Source of the DNA: a virus
Lineage: Duplodnaviria > Caudoviricetes
Virus record (IMG/VR): IMGVR_UViG_3300031555_001562
Reading direction: 5' to 3' (one strand)
DNA length: 64,000 bases
The notes under the pieces were generated by a model, which was given only the letters and a program-made list of their open reading frames with translations, had not been told where the DNA came from and did no database searches. Positions within the stretch are counted from its first letter, which is position 1. Each line of letters opens with the position of its first letter. This document shows positions 32,029-44,521 of the stretch, one piece after another. A program made the translations under genes and the position numbers.

Positions 32029-35000
32029 TCATGTTTTGATTCTCCTTTCTACCAAAGATACATAATTGGAATGAATTTTTCCATTTTTATAATCTTCCAG
32101 GACTGCATCCAGAATCTTGTCCATGAACTTTCCAGCTGCAACAATCAGCTTTTCAGAATTTCCATTTGTCTTTCTGAAATTCACGGTGTGTACACCATAG
32201 TACATATATTCATTTTCAGGTTTGATATTGAAATGGTTCCCGGACTTTTCCATAGTCATAACGTCAGGTAATTCATTGGTATCAGCATTGAACTTACCAG
32301 GAAGATGAATTGTCAAGCTGCAACGAAACATATCATTCGCTAGATATCCATTAGACACTTCTTCCGTGCTTCCTGCTAAATAGAAGGCAATATCAATAGA
32401 TTTCCCAAAACCTTTATAAAGATTGACAATACACATGCTGCCAGGGAAACGCTTGGCATATTCCGCCTTGATCTTTTCCGAAAACTCTGCAAACTTCATA
32501 GTTATTACCTCCAGTTAATTCTGTTTAGTCACATTTTCTGCGAAGACTTTTCTGCAAGTCCGAAGAATTCCGTCATCACTTCTGTCTCCATTCAGGCATG
32601 TTTTAATTAGATCTTCCATTTTCTCAACCGGGAAATTAACGAAATCAATTTCAAATTGTATCGTTGCCTTGTTGCTTACAATGTATCTTTGCACTGCGAA
32701 TAACACCCAATCCGCCAGACAGTCAATACTCTTGTATCTATTGCAAGCCTTTTGCAGTTTGTACAGCTGATCTTCAATTTTTCCATAATGTACAGCATTC
32801 ATGTCGTTACCGCCTTTAAGAATAGGTCAAAATGTTTCAGATTTTCCGATTATTGATATTATGAAGAATGATAGGATTCGAACCTATGATCTCCTTTTCC
32901 AAATTTTCCAGGTATTCTACCACTAAACTACATCCTTCGTATAACGAAATTCATGGCATTTTTCCAATCAATAACCTAACCATAAGTATAGATCGCTTTT
33001 AGAAATTCCGGTTAGATCCTCAGTTCGTTCATATAGCTGCGTACCACACTCCATTGTATCCGCATACAGTCTTCCATTTTTGATATAGTGTGGTATGTTA
33101 TGGGCATCCAGGATTCTAGAAATGGCTGCATTATTCATCTCTCGCACCTAAGTTCCATTCAAATTTTCCGTTTATTCTTCTATGTATTTGAACTTGATGA
33201 TGTTTCCGAATGACCGTTTCAGTGATTCCATATGAGCCAGACATTCACGCAAGCTGCTAAATTTTCCGTACTCTTCTTTCTTCCCGTATCTCCGGTCTGT
33301 TCCGATGATCTTATACTTCATGATATCCAGCTTCCTTCAGTTCCAGGGCATAGGCATGTTCCATGCTGCCGTCAATCGTTCCGGTATAATTTTCCTCTCC
33401 ATGCATGATCGTATAGCAATGAAATTTTCCGGAATTTGTAGATCTCATTTCCTTCCGGATTGTACCGAAGATTTTAGAACTTCTTTCAAATACTCTTTTC
33501 ATATTTTCCACTCCTTATATATCATTCGAAAAGGTCTGCTACGGTCATCTTATCATATCCGCATTTGCTGATTGCTTCCACGATAGAGTCGGTATCATAA
33601 TTTACGGCCTTGATAGCAAGAACCATTACATTAATGAACACGTCCGCTTCTTCAGTAGTGGTATATAAAGCACCGCAGTCAAATAATTTTCCAGGTTCAA
33701 GCTTTTCAATTCCGCTATTGGTATAGCATTCATTTCTTCTTACGCAGGAATAACATTCTCTCTTCATATTTTCCACCATTAATAAACCAAAATGTGATTG
33801 CCGTTTTCCTTCTGATATCTGTACCAATTCAGCATCATAACAAAGTCTCCGGGATTGATCTTGTATTCGTTTTCAACTTCGCGGATCCCGTTGCGTTCTG
33901 CGCTCCATACCGTAACGGTTACATCCCCGTCACACTCGGATTGTTCCAACTGGATTTTTCTCTGATTGTTGACATTGAATTCGATATTAGAATTTTCCAT
34001 AGTGCATTTGGCCTCCTTGTCTTCATCAGATTTTCCGATAGATTCAATGTGAATGAACTCCACATGGTATCCACAAATTTCTGCAATTCTACAAACTTCA
34101 GTGAATTTGATAGACTCACGTGTTAATTTATTGCTTATATTTTGTGTTGTGGTTGCGTCATCCGGATATCTATTGTTCATTTCTTTTACTGCCCGTGTCA
34201 AAGATAATCCGGCATGAGTAAGAAATCCTTTTACAAGTTTCTTTGTTTCGCTGTAGTCAATTTTTTGTCTCATATTTTCCACCTATATATTTTGTCTCAG
34301 CTTATCCGCCATCCAGGAGGGATAGATCGCAAAGGAATGTTCCGGGAGGATCTCAACAGTGGCTTGCAGTTCTACACCATTTTCCGTGTATCCAAAGTCC
34401 AGGGAATGAACTCCGCTGCGACTATAGTCTTCATGCAGGAAAACTGTTTCGGCGGTGACGTTCTCAATAATCCGCTCAAGTTTTCCATTTCTAAAGATAC
34501 CAACAATGCTATCGTTGCTGGAATAAGTACCATATTCAGCCATATTTTCCTCCTATTAACCAACCAGGCTATATACCGGGATGTTCCGATATCCATCGAA
34601 CTTGTACAGAATTACTTCATCTTCAGAACTTCCTCCGGCTGCTTCCAGAATCTCCGCCTTGATTCTGTCATCGTTCCATCCGATGCAATACACGGAATAA
34701 CCGCTAATTTCATTGGGATTTTCCGGTTCCGTATCTTCGTCATGGATGATCCATTCGGATCCAGTGTTGAAATATTCTGTTTCAAATGCTTCCAGACTTT
34801 CCGATGTCCATTCATCAGACGGATATACAACTTTCTGCCAATCGCCTTGGCAACATCCGCTAATCATGCGATAGCTCCAAGATTTTCCGGTCACTACTTC
34901 CAGGACTTCACAAATAATGGATTCTTCCATGCTGGAGGAGCATTCACTAAACCGCTTCAGAAGTTCGGGGATTTTGTTTTTCCGCTCATCACGGCTATAA

Positions 35001-37842
35001 GCTGCACGGCCTTCGGGAGGCATCATATCTTCCAGCGCCTCAGCCCAGGAATTATACCAACCGGAACCGTTATTCAGATCTTCCCACGCATCCAGCAGTT
35101 CACCGTGATACAGCACATTCCAAACACGGTTGAAAAGTTCGCTGCAATGTTCGTTATAATGGTCATTGCCATAAACGTTGATGTTTTCCGGAAAGAATTC
35201 GTCACCGTGAAACAATGGGGATTCCTGATATTCGGGAGAAACTTGTCTAGCGTAAATTTTCATCATATTTTCCTCATTAGCTAAATACAATCATGAACCA
35301 CATTAATGTGTAGATCGTAACCGCAGTTCCAGCAAGCTGCGCCATAAATTCCATGAATTCCTTTTTCCGGTTGCGCATGACCATGTGAATTTTCCTCCAA
35401 TTATTTTGACAATAATGCTTTAATTTGTTCCATCTGTTCCGATGTCACAATACCGCTTAAATCATCCAGGCTAACCAGATCGGCGGATTCATACAGTTCG
35501 ATTTGATAACCATTTTCTTTCGTCGGTTTTTCTTTGATGGTTCCACGTGTTTTCTGAAGACTGAAATAGTTGTAAGCCCGTTTCCATTCGTTGCTATTTT
35601 TGATCCTTGCGACGGTTGCCTCCGCCTCCATCAGTTCGACACGAACACTATTGATATAATCAACGTGTTTCTGTTCAGGCTTAAAAATTCCGTATCTCAT
35701 ATTTTCCTCCGCTTTAATACCGCTTGCGAATTTCCCCGTTTACCGTCTCATAATCAATGCTGCACAATTCACAAATACAGTGTTCGTCATCCGAAAATAC
35801 AATTTCAGGGTACATATTCGGATAGCAAATTCCTCCGCAGTCCGTGCATGTTCTAGATTTTCCGGCTGTACAGCTGAAATCATCGGGAACAAAGGAAATT
35901 CCTTCGAATTTTTCCAGGATAACCGCATCCGGGATATCACCAGGGAAAAGCACGGGGAGTCCGTCGTTTCCATTGCATCCGGTAAACTCATCACTCCAAA
36001 AGTAGTTGCTTTTCAGCTCATCCAGCTGATCCCGGTTAAGTTCGTGAACGCTCAACATATTTCATTCCCTCCAATTCATTTAGATAAAACCTGATCCCGT
36101 GTATATTTGAATGTGATATTAGGCGCTGATACATAATAAATTCCGTCGTGCGTTGCGTCCGCTGCAAATTCCTTCATTTTCCGGAAACTTGAAAATGTTT
36201 TGTGCTTGCATCCGCCTTCTGTGAATTCTTTTTCACTGCCGATATACGTATATTGTCTTTTCATGATCGTTACCCCGTCATTCAATTTCAATCCGGTAAA
36301 TTTCGGTAAAGCAATCAAAATTAATGATCCATACGGTTCCATCGTCACGAATAACAGTTGCTTTATTGAAGATCTTTTCTTTTGTGCCTAAAACCCGGCA
36401 TACATGCCCAGCAACTTGTTTTTCTTCAGGATAGCAATATGGTTCATTTCCGCCACGCTTTACAGATCCGCAATAGATAAAGCTATTCCATCCCATAGCT
36501 GCGCCGTGTCTATGATAGAAGGGAATTTCACTTAATTTCATTTTCTTAATAGGTAATTCAAGATATTTCATAGTCAGCGCCTCCACATTATTGCAAGTCA
36601 AACAATTTCAAAATTCTATCGCCCATACCGGGATCATATTTATAAAGGCTATTCCATGCCTCCATTGCATCCGCCCATTCATCCGGAAATTCACTTTTTG
36701 CGGAATACCAGGACGCAAGAACCATAGCGGAGGCAGTCATTGCAGTTTCCAGTGTTTCAAGTGTGCCGTTTTTATCGGTACAATTCCGGATGTATGCGGA
36801 AAAATCATCGCCGTATTCTTCTGGATGATCCGCCTTCAGTTTATTAAAGGCGGTTTTCAGCTCATCCTCCGTGATAATTCGTATGCATTCCGTATCAAGG
36901 TAAACTTTCATTGTATGCCTCCCGTGTCCGTCTCAAGCCCTTGCAAGTCTACAAATCATGTTAGAGGCCTGATAGAGTGCGCGCGCCTGAGTATCCAGCC
37001 ATTCCTCCCGGCTATTAGGCCGTCTTTCACCGTTGCGTGTTTTCTTCAGTTCGGAAGGGCTGCAAAGACGTTCCGCAATATCGGAATCATAAATCAAGGA
37101 ACATCCGCTCCAACTGTATTGATCCCAGTCACTAGCGCCGTTTAATAGCTGCTTTCTAAGCAATTTGGGCGCCTCCAGATCTTCAGCTTCGAAATAGCCG
37201 TTTTCAATTGCCTCCTCCAGCTCATCAACCAATTCCAGGGCATAGGCCTTAACGCCACGGCTCCAGGCGCTACGGGCATTCTCAGCGTTAACCGCTTTTC
37301 TCAGATCATTAATATTAGTCATTTTAGTAACCTCCTTAAAAATTGAATCTAGCGCCGAACATGAAATAAACCTTGCTTTTAGGGATCTCAATTTTCACGG
37401 CTGCGCTATGGTTAATACCGTACTTTGTCATTTCACGTTCTGTATAAAGTTCATTTGATACCAGGATGGAACCATCAGAACGGCGCTTATTATCGAATTC
37501 GGGCTTGATTTTATAGTAGATCATTTTTATACCTCCATCATCAACTTTGTTGCGATCCCTTTACCGGTCTAATATTAGGCGGTTAGATCGCTCATATTAT
37601 TTGTACCAGAAATTCACGGTATGACCGCTGAAGAAATTAACCTCCAGTCTATCGCCAAGATCACAAATATAATCGGGATCATCATAAATGTTTTTATAAA
37701 TGGGATATCCGGCACGTTCCGTTTTTTCGTCGTGGAGGTAAATACCATCCATAAATACCCACTGTTTTTGTACGGCTGCGAAGGCCTCCCGTTTAGAATT
37801 GAAATGATAATGTTTATTCATGATTTTTACCTCCGTTGTCAA
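32029..37842 (-). CDS. Cluster of small hypothetical (probably early) ORFs
   Basis: e.g. 32029-32499, 32515-32802, 33779-34282 (HTH-like N-terminus), 34556-35290, 35401-35700, 35714-36058, 36588-36911, 36933-37322, 37597-37820; many have GGAGG/GGAAAAT just before ATG. Confidence 0.6.
32863..32938 (-). pseudogene. tRNA-like element with distorted anticodon arm, no CCA
   Basis: Acceptor GAAGGATG/CATTCTTC, D-arm TAGTTTAGTGGTAGAAT, T-arm ATAGG-TTCGAAT-CCTAT. Confidence 0.6.
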
Positions 37843-38475
37843 TCACTTTGTTGCGTCCTATCTGATGACTTGATATTAACACGTTACACATTATTTGTCA
37901 AGTACTTTTTTCGAATTTCTTAGATTTTATTTTGTGCTTGATTTTATTTCGTGCCGTGTCTCATCTGATGTACATACTATACCTCCGAAATATTTATTTG
38001 TCAATACCTTTTTTCTAATTTATTTGATTTTATTTTGTGTTTCATGTATACAATATAATATAGAATAGGATCATTGTACAGCTGCGCTATTAATGATCTA
38101 TGTTAGGCCGTCAGCGTGCCCAGGATCGGCGCATAAAAGAATAGCGCCATAGAACAATATTATAATATTAATTAATTGTAGACCGTCTGAGCGCCTGAGA
38201 AATAGCCGGTATATTTTGCCGGAATATATAGCGCTGGAAATAAGATCTTGTATTAATGAATAGTGCTGCATGAACTAATATTGAATACTGGAATCAGGCC
38301 TAAAGCATTTACCTATAAAGTTAATAGGTTAATAATTGCTTTATGGCTGTATTGCATACAAAGATGATGGGTAAATAAGGATCTTATTTGCCTACTGATT
38401 TAATAGGTAAATAGAATTTACCCTTTACCGAAGATTAAACCGAAAAAGTAGGATCCCTGGAAAATCGAACTTTTT

Positions 38476-38666
38476 AGTTAGTTTGTGCTAACTGATTTGA
38501 TAAAAGTAAATTTTTATCTATTGGTTAGCTATCGCTAACTGCCATTGCATCAAGTCCGATTTCTGCACTATTACGGACTTGTAAACCGATACGGAAATAT
38601 CGATACTTTCGTACCTAGTTAGCATCCGCTAACCGGGTATGTTTACATAGTTAGCCTGGACTAACT
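38476..38666. repeat. Four 18-bp imperfect palindromes AGTTAGC-N4-GCTAACT
   Basis: Copies at 38476, 38523, 38617 and 38649. Confidence 0.85.
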
Positions 38667-39264
38667 GGGTATTCCAGCCTGAATGTGATGTCCTTCACTC
38701 TCCCCTAAAAAATCGAAATCCCAACTTTTTGACCCTAAACCGAAAAGTCAATTGCTCAAAGTTCAAACTCCGAAAGTTTCGAAAGAATCTGCTTATAGAC
38801 TCGAAAAATAATTTTATTTCTGCAAACATCGAAAGTATCGAATGTTCTTCGGAAAGTTATTCGGATCCCGATAAAACTTGACCTGTGATTGATGGGTTTG
38901 CATGCAGATCTATTGCGCAGAAATGATCGAAAGTTTCGAAGCTATTGCCTCAAGATCAGACCAAACATCACGATTGGCAAGGCAACAGCTGCTATCAATT
39001 TGAGTGACTTCGGAACGAAAATTGATAGCCAAGAATTGCTCTAAGCGAATACATACTGCGCTGATAGGATAGTCATACCAGATAAGGCTATGTCTGCGCT
39101 ATTATTTTGTATTCCGGTGGTTCCCTATAGAAAGTTCGAAAGTATCGTCTATTCTACATTAAGTATTTTATATATAAAAGGTATACATATAAATATATAT
39201 GATCTATATATAAAATACTTAATTATTAATATAAGTATATACTTACTATATTATTATATATATA

Positions 39265-39294
39265 TTATGATTAAGGAGATGCAGTTTTTCGACA
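39265..39294 (+). repeat. 30-bp element, copy 2, next to a TA-rich tract
   Basis: Identical to the reverse complement of 18545-18574. Confidence 0.9.
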
Positions 39295-39420
39295 AGCCAG
39301 GTGGATCCTGGCCTGTGAGAAAAATATTTTAGACTACGCAACAAAATAGTTGTTGACATTTCCGCAAAGGTGTGTTATAATCCAGCCAAGGAGTTAACCA
39401 AAGGACAAACGGAGGCCACC

Positions 39421-40098
39421 TTGAAAGAGTTTATCACAATCCCACGCAGCTTGATCCTTGACCGGGAATTGGGCGACAAACGGGTTCTAGTCTACTCTTC
39501 CATCCTCTTCTCTGACTGGTCTGGCAATAGCCTTGAAGATTTGGTTCGTTACTCCAAGTACTCTGCTTGCCGTGATAAGTCTGGCGTTTTGAACCAATAC
39601 AAGACAATCGTAGATCAGCTGGTATCAAAGGACTATTTCTTCTACAACAGTAGGGGTATAGTTTACATCAAACCAAATGACTCCTTTGGCATTATCTATC
39701 ATAGCGAGTTCCAGAGAATCCTTCAGGAACGGGAGCGCAGCCAGGAAAGAGGCCAGCGGATGAACCATGCGCATCTGCTCCTGCTTCTGGCTCACATCAG
39801 ACTGAATATGATACATAAACCGGGTGTGCCGGAAATGTACTCTAATCTTCTGGTTCGAATTTCTGAAAGCACCGGACTGTCTGTGCGGAGTATATCTGCC
39901 GGACTGAAGATTCTGGAAGAACTCAATATCATACATAATGAAGAACTACCTAGATACAAAGACGAAGAAGGCCACTGGCATTCCAATGTTAGGATATTCG
40001 TCAATATGGAACCTGGCGGAAGTTCAGATGTGCAGCGAGACTGGCAAGGAGAAGTATACCGAGGAATAACATACATATTGGCAAGCCAGAGGTTTTGA
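39421..40098 (+). CDS. Winged-helix DNA-binding protein (initiator- or regulator-like)
   Basis: FITIPRSLI..RELG.K and RISESTGLSVRSISAGLKILEELNII; TTG start with GGAGG RBS. Confidence 0.6.
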   Translation: MKEFITIPRSLILDRELGDKRVLVYSSILFSDWSGNSLEDLVRYSKYSACRDKSGVLNQYKTIVDQLVSKDYFFYNSRGIVYIKPNDSFGIIYHSEFQRILQERERSQERGQRMNHAHLLLLLAHIRLNMIHKPGVPEMYSNLLVRISESTGLSVRSISAGLKILEELNIIHNEELPRYKDEEGHWHSNVRIFVNMEPGGSSDVQRDWQGEVYRGITYILASQRF

Positions 40099-40113
40099 CG
40101 GAGGACGGAAACC

Positions 40114-40491
40114 TTGACGCTTGAAGACCTAAAGAACGTTGACTTATCTGCTCAACGGCCACCGGCTGAAATGACAGACGATCAATGGCAGGAGTATTTT
40201 AAGTCAATGAAGCTTCTGGTTCAACCAGTGAAAGACCGTACCATGCACTGTAAAAGATCTTCGATGACGGTGAACGGGCGAAGACTGGAAGACCAATCAT
40301 CATACAATGGAGATACCCAGTGGTATCACTATTGCCAATTCATAAATACTGTTCTGAGTGCGATCCGCCACAAGGAACACGACTATTGCTATAACATTTA
40401 TCAAATCACAGACCTACTGAAGTATGAGCATGACCGGCTGGAAACCAGATGGTTGCCGGAAGACCGCTGCATCGAAGTATGGTTAAAGTGA
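40114..40491 (+). CDS. Hypothetical protein
   Basis: GGAGG RBS; 125 aa. Confidence 0.7.
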   Translation: MTLEDLKNVDLSAQRPPAEMTDDQWQEYFKSMKLLVQPVKDRTMHCKRSSMTVNGRRLEDQSSYNGDTQWYHYCQFINTVLSAIRHKEHDYCYNIYQITDLLKYEHDRLETRWLPEDRCIEVWLK

Positions 40492-40664
40492 TTTATCTTA
40501 TATTGTTTTAGTAGACGCAACAAAGCTTACAAAGCGATGCAAGGGCTTTAGACGGGCGTTTATTTCAGTGAACACCTTTCTCACGAATCGAACAAAAGTC
40601 CGAATAAAAGCCACCAGACGGCTCCCAGAGCCATTCAAAGACATTTGAACAGGACGGTAAATGA

Positions 40665-43448
40665 ATGGAGCAGAAGAGCTGCTTAAAAATGATTTACAAA
40701 GTTCACAGCAGACAAATACTCAAAGCCAAACTCAATTTGGTGATGCCGCTTGAAACTGCTATGAGCGATTACCCTGAGATGATCGTCTCACTGAATGATA
40801 GTCAGCTGCTACGGTTCATAGATGAACTGAACGGTGTGACGGAAGTCGATGAGAAGATCAGAGAGATTAAGAAGAAAATCAAGTTCGAGAAGAAACGACC
40901 ACGGAGCAGAGAAACCAAAGTCAATATCAAGAACTTATATCGAAACCTGTATGAGCTGCAATTTAAGAAAGATTATGTCTGTGTAATCATGGACAGCAAT
41001 GCAGACTATGATCGCATCAACCAGGGATTCACGATCAACGGAATTCAGTTCCGGAGATTCCTCGGAACCAATGGTGGAATCAAGAATTCTACCATCGTGT
41101 ATGTAAATGCAGAACTATATCCTGAATTGAAACGCAGATTGGACAACGGAAGAGACATGACTAAGGCACTGGTTCCTGCAAAGCTGGAGGCTTACCAGGC
41201 GCTCGTGTGTTCAGGTTCTACTCCGCTGCCGCCACCAAAAGGATTCATCGTTGTCAACGATTGCATTACCAAATTTACAGATGATGTGATCCTAATCAAT
41301 GATGAAACAGATGGTGAACCCGACTTGACGTATGTCAAAGACTATGAGATTGAACACAACGATTCTGACGGCTATGGCCTGATGCTACCCTCCTATTCTC
41401 GCAAGGTCAACGAGTATTTGACTGGTGATGGAGAAAATACCATCTCCGGAATGAACACCCGGTATGCGTGGACTAAGGGCATGGTTTACACATTCGATTT
41501 CATTGAGTTTGCAGAGAAAATAGCTGGGACTTATGAGATCATCGACGCATGGGGCGACAAGAGGGATATCCGGGATGCAGAAGTCATTTTGACTGTATCT
41601 ATGCTGAAGCTGTGGGACAGCTATTCGAGTTGGGAAGACTACTACGAGAATTGTGAGAAAAACCATTACCAGTTCTCTACACCAAAGATTACTCCTGCAA
41701 ATCTGGAACACGTTCGCAATACGAACTATCAGTTCCTCCAGAGTTACAATTTCACAGATGAAGAGCTGCAAGCACTGTGCCAGCCAACAATAGATGAAAT
41801 CAAGGACGTTCTTGGCATGGACTACCGTAAGAGCCTCGTATTCCTTGCTGGCTATGGTCTGAATGATGACAATGCCTATACCGACAATTTCGATTACTGC
41901 ATTCGTGCGCTTATGATCGATGAGCGGATGATTAATGATCCTTTCATTCGCCGCAAGATCTGGAACATGATTACACGCAGAATTGAAATGGCAAAGCGTG
42001 GCGCAATCAAAGTCAATGCAAACTTCGCTATGATTTCTGGTGATCCATATGCTCTGGCGCAAAGCATGTTCGGACTGGAAGTGACCGGACTGCTGAAGGC
42101 AGGAGAAGTATATCACAAATATTGGATTGACAAGGGATCTACGGAGCTTGCTTGTTTCAGAGCGCCCATGACATGCCACAACAATATCCGCAGGATGAAA
42201 CTCTGTCTGACAGAAGAGGCTGCACACTGGTATCAATATATTACCACCGCCTCAATTCTGAACGCATGGGATACTGCGTGCGATGCAATGAACGGTGCAG
42301 ATAAAGACGGCGATACCAATATGGACACCGATAATCCCGTGATCGTTCGCAACACACTCAACTCTCCAACAATCGTCTGCATGCAGCGCAAGGCAGAGAA
42401 AAAGGTTGCTACGGAAGAGGATATCATTCAGGCGAACAAACTTGCGTTCAATGACGATATCGGAACGGTGACAAACCACGTTACGAGTATGATCGAGGTT
42501 CAGGCTGGTTTTGAACCTGGTAGTGACGAGTATGAGACTCTGGCCTATCGCATCATGTGTGGTCAGCTGTACCAGCAGAACACGATTGATCGTGCAAAGG
42601 GCATTATTGCAAAACCAATGCCTGAGTATTGGTATAACATCCGGGATAACATTGTCAGAGATGATGATACTCCGGAAGAGGCAGAGACTAAGCGGTATAA
42701 CAGAAGAATCACTGCGGCGAACAAACCATACTTCATGACATACGTGTATCCCAATCTTCGGACGAAGAACAATACATATATCAAGAACAGCGATTACGGC
42801 GCAATCATGCGGTTCGGCGGATACGGAATCCGTAGTATCAAGGATTTGGAAAAATATGAACCAAAGACTCAAGAGATGCTGGACTACCTTGATTACTACT
42901 ATCGATACATACCAGTTGGCAACAATGCCTGTGTCGTAAATAGAATCTGCTGGATTTTTGAGAATGCATTCAACGGTTATCTATCAAAAAAATATGAGCA
43001 ACCAAAATTCGATTACAACATTCTAAAGAGTAATGTTGAGTACAGTCGTAAGAACTATCTTGACATTCTTGCAGTATATGAGGACTATCAGCGCCGCATT
43101 GAAGCATTCCAGAAGAGATCAAAGGCAGAAAAACTTGATCTGTTCGATGCGTGGCAGGAGCGTAGCCGCCTTACTACCTGGTTCCGGAAGTCTTGCGAAG
43201 AAATTTGCTCAAACGAAAAAGAACTATGTGATATCGTGATCGATATCTGCTATAAGGCCGAGAAGACAAAACAGTTTGCATGGGATATTTGTGGATCAAC
43301 TATGCTTGACAATTTGCTTGCAAATAATGGCGGTGTGATTCATTATCCAAAGTTGACGGATTCTGATGGCGATTTCGTTTACTGCGGTGAACAGTTTGTT
43401 ATGTGCGAAAAAGAGATTGGTGGTGATAGTGATGATTGTTTTGAATGA
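40665..43448 (+). CDS. YonO-like single-subunit RNA polymerase
   Basis: 927 aa; DGYG, FRAP and catalytic NGADKDGD motifs; lies upstream of the late genes. Confidence 0.88.
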   Translation: MEQKSCLKMIYKVHSRQILKAKLNLVMPLETAMSDYPEMIVSLNDSQLLRFIDELNGVTEVDEKIREIKKKIKFEKKRPRSRETKVNIKNLYRNLYELQFKKDYVCVIMDSNADYDRINQGFTINGIQFRRFLGTNGGIKNSTIVYVNAELYPELKRRLDNGRDMTKALVPAKLEAYQALVCSGSTPLPPPKGFIVVNDCITKFTDDVILINDETDGEPDLTYVKDYEIEHNDSDGYGLMLPSYSRKVNEYLTGDGENTISGMNTRYAWTKGMVYTFDFIEFAEKIAGTYEIIDAWGDKRDIRDAEVILTVSMLKLWDSYSSWEDYYENCEKNHYQFSTPKITPANLEHVRNTNYQFLQSYNFTDEELQALCQPTIDEIKDVLGMDYRKSLVFLAGYGLNDDNAYTDNFDYCIRALMIDERMINDPFIRRKIWNMITRRIEMAKRGAIKVNANFAMISGDPYALAQSMFGLEVTGLLKAGEVYHKYWIDKGSTELACFRAPMTCHNNIRRMKLCLTEEAAHWYQYITTASILNAWDTACDAMNGADKDGDTNMDTDNPVIVRNTLNSPTIVCMQRKAEKKVATEEDIIQANKLAFNDDIGTVTNHVTSMIEVQAGFEPGSDEYETLAYRIMCGQLYQQNTIDRAKGIIAKPMPEYWYNIRDNIVRDDDTPEEAETKRYNRRITAANKPYFMTYVYPNLRTKNNTYIKNSDYGAIMRFGGYGIRSIKDLEKYEPKTQEMLDYLDYYYRYIPVGNNACVVNRICWIFENAFNGYLSKKYEQPKFDYNILKSNVEYSRKNYLDILAVYEDYQRRIEAFQKRSKAEKLDLFDAWQERSRLTTWFRKSCEEICSNEKELCDIVIDICYKAEKTKQFAWDICGSTMLDNLLANNGGVIHYPKLTDSDGDFVYCGEQFVMCEKEIGGDSDDCFE

Positions 43449-44295
43449 AAAAGAGTATGCAGAGCAATGTCTGAAGTCAAAGACTATCGGTGACAAGCCA
43501 TTCTTCACCCTTTCAATTTTGGCGAAGTACTATTACCACTGCCACGGATACAGAAAGAAGAAGATTACAGATCTGCTGATTTCATTCATCAGTGAATGTT
43601 ACCCACGGTACTCATGCAACCGTGCCGACTGGGATGCCCATATCGAGAAGTTGGCAGCAAGCGCCGGAAAGTACACACTATTTGAGATCGATGGAATCTG
43701 GATTACACGAGCAGAGCTGGATACCATTGAGGGAATTCACAACAAGGTTCTTGAGCGCCTTGCATTTACGATGCTCTGCCTTGCAAAGCTTGGTAATGCA
43801 CGGAACAGCAAGAACAATGGATGGGTCAATTACACAGCCAAAGACATCTACTCTATGGCCAGGATCTCATGCAGCGTTATTGACCGGTACGAAAAGCTTT
43901 CACAGCTTAACCAGCTATCTCTGCTAGAGTTCCCGAAAAAGAATGATAACCTAAGCAGTCGAGTTACATATGTCGATGATGACAGCGAAAAGATTTTGTT
44001 TATCTATGACTTCAGAGAGCTTGGATATGAGTATCTGAAATACAAGGGTGAAAACTTCATTCGTTGTAGGGAATGTGATGTTCTTGTGCGCAATAACAAG
44101 TGTGGCGACAAGAAATATTGCTCTAACTGCGCTGGTTATGTGCCGATGGAGCGAAAACAAGTTACCTGTGTTGATTGTGGGGTTGAATTCACAGTAAACT
44201 CAAAAAACAACAAAACACATAGGTGTGCATATTGCCAAAAAGAATATGTTCGGGCATATGACAGAGAGCGAAAGAAACGAGATAATTCCGTTTAA
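43432..44295 (+). CDS. Hypothetical protein with C-terminal Zn fingers
   Basis: CREC, CSNC, CVDC and CAYC; overlaps the RNAP stop. Confidence 0.75.
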   Translation: MIVLNEKEYAEQCLKSKTIGDKPFFTLSILAKYYYHCHGYRKKKITDLLISFISECYPRYSCNRADWDAHIEKLAASAGKYTLFEIDGIWITRAELDTIEGIHNKVLERLAFTMLCLAKLGNARNSKNNGWVNYTAKDIYSMARISCSVIDRYEKLSQLNQLSLLEFPKKNDNLSSRVTYVDDDSEKILFIYDFRELGYEYLKYKGENFIRCRECDVLVRNNKCGDKKYCSNCAGYVPMERKQVTCVDCGVEFTVNSKNNKTHRCAYCQKEYVRAYDRERKKRDNSV

Positions 44296-44521
44296 CAATT
44301 AAAACCGATTTTTGTTTTATCACCCGGAACCCTCGAAACTTTCGGGGCTTAAAATGGTGCAAATAAAACACAAAAATTCCTATTATAGTGGGAATATATA
44401 CGTCCTACAAATCTCATTTCTTTATCTTTCTCTTTTCTTTGTGTGTGGCACTGGTGCGGCAATCGCCGTGCCAGATGCGCTCAAAGAGAAGTTTATCAAT
44501 AGTTCAAAGGAGACAATAGTT

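Larger units (their letters stand above)
37850..39400. other. Non-coding divergence region (promoters, operator arrays; possible origin or packaging region)
   Basis: Strand switch, no credible ORF, leftward TTGACA promoters near 37.9 and 38.0 kb, rightward TTGACA-N17-TATAAT at 39353-39381. Confidence 0.65.

Noticed and set aside
36100-38250. Apparent local excess of GCGC
   Set aside because: Only a modest excess by eye; cannot be separated from chance without computation.
38476-38940. CRISPR array
   Set aside because: Repeats are short, degenerate and irregularly spaced, and there are no cas genes.
39090-39332. I/Y-rich ORF, and the N-terminal extension of 18300-18611
   Set aside because: Translations of TA-rich non-coding tracts.
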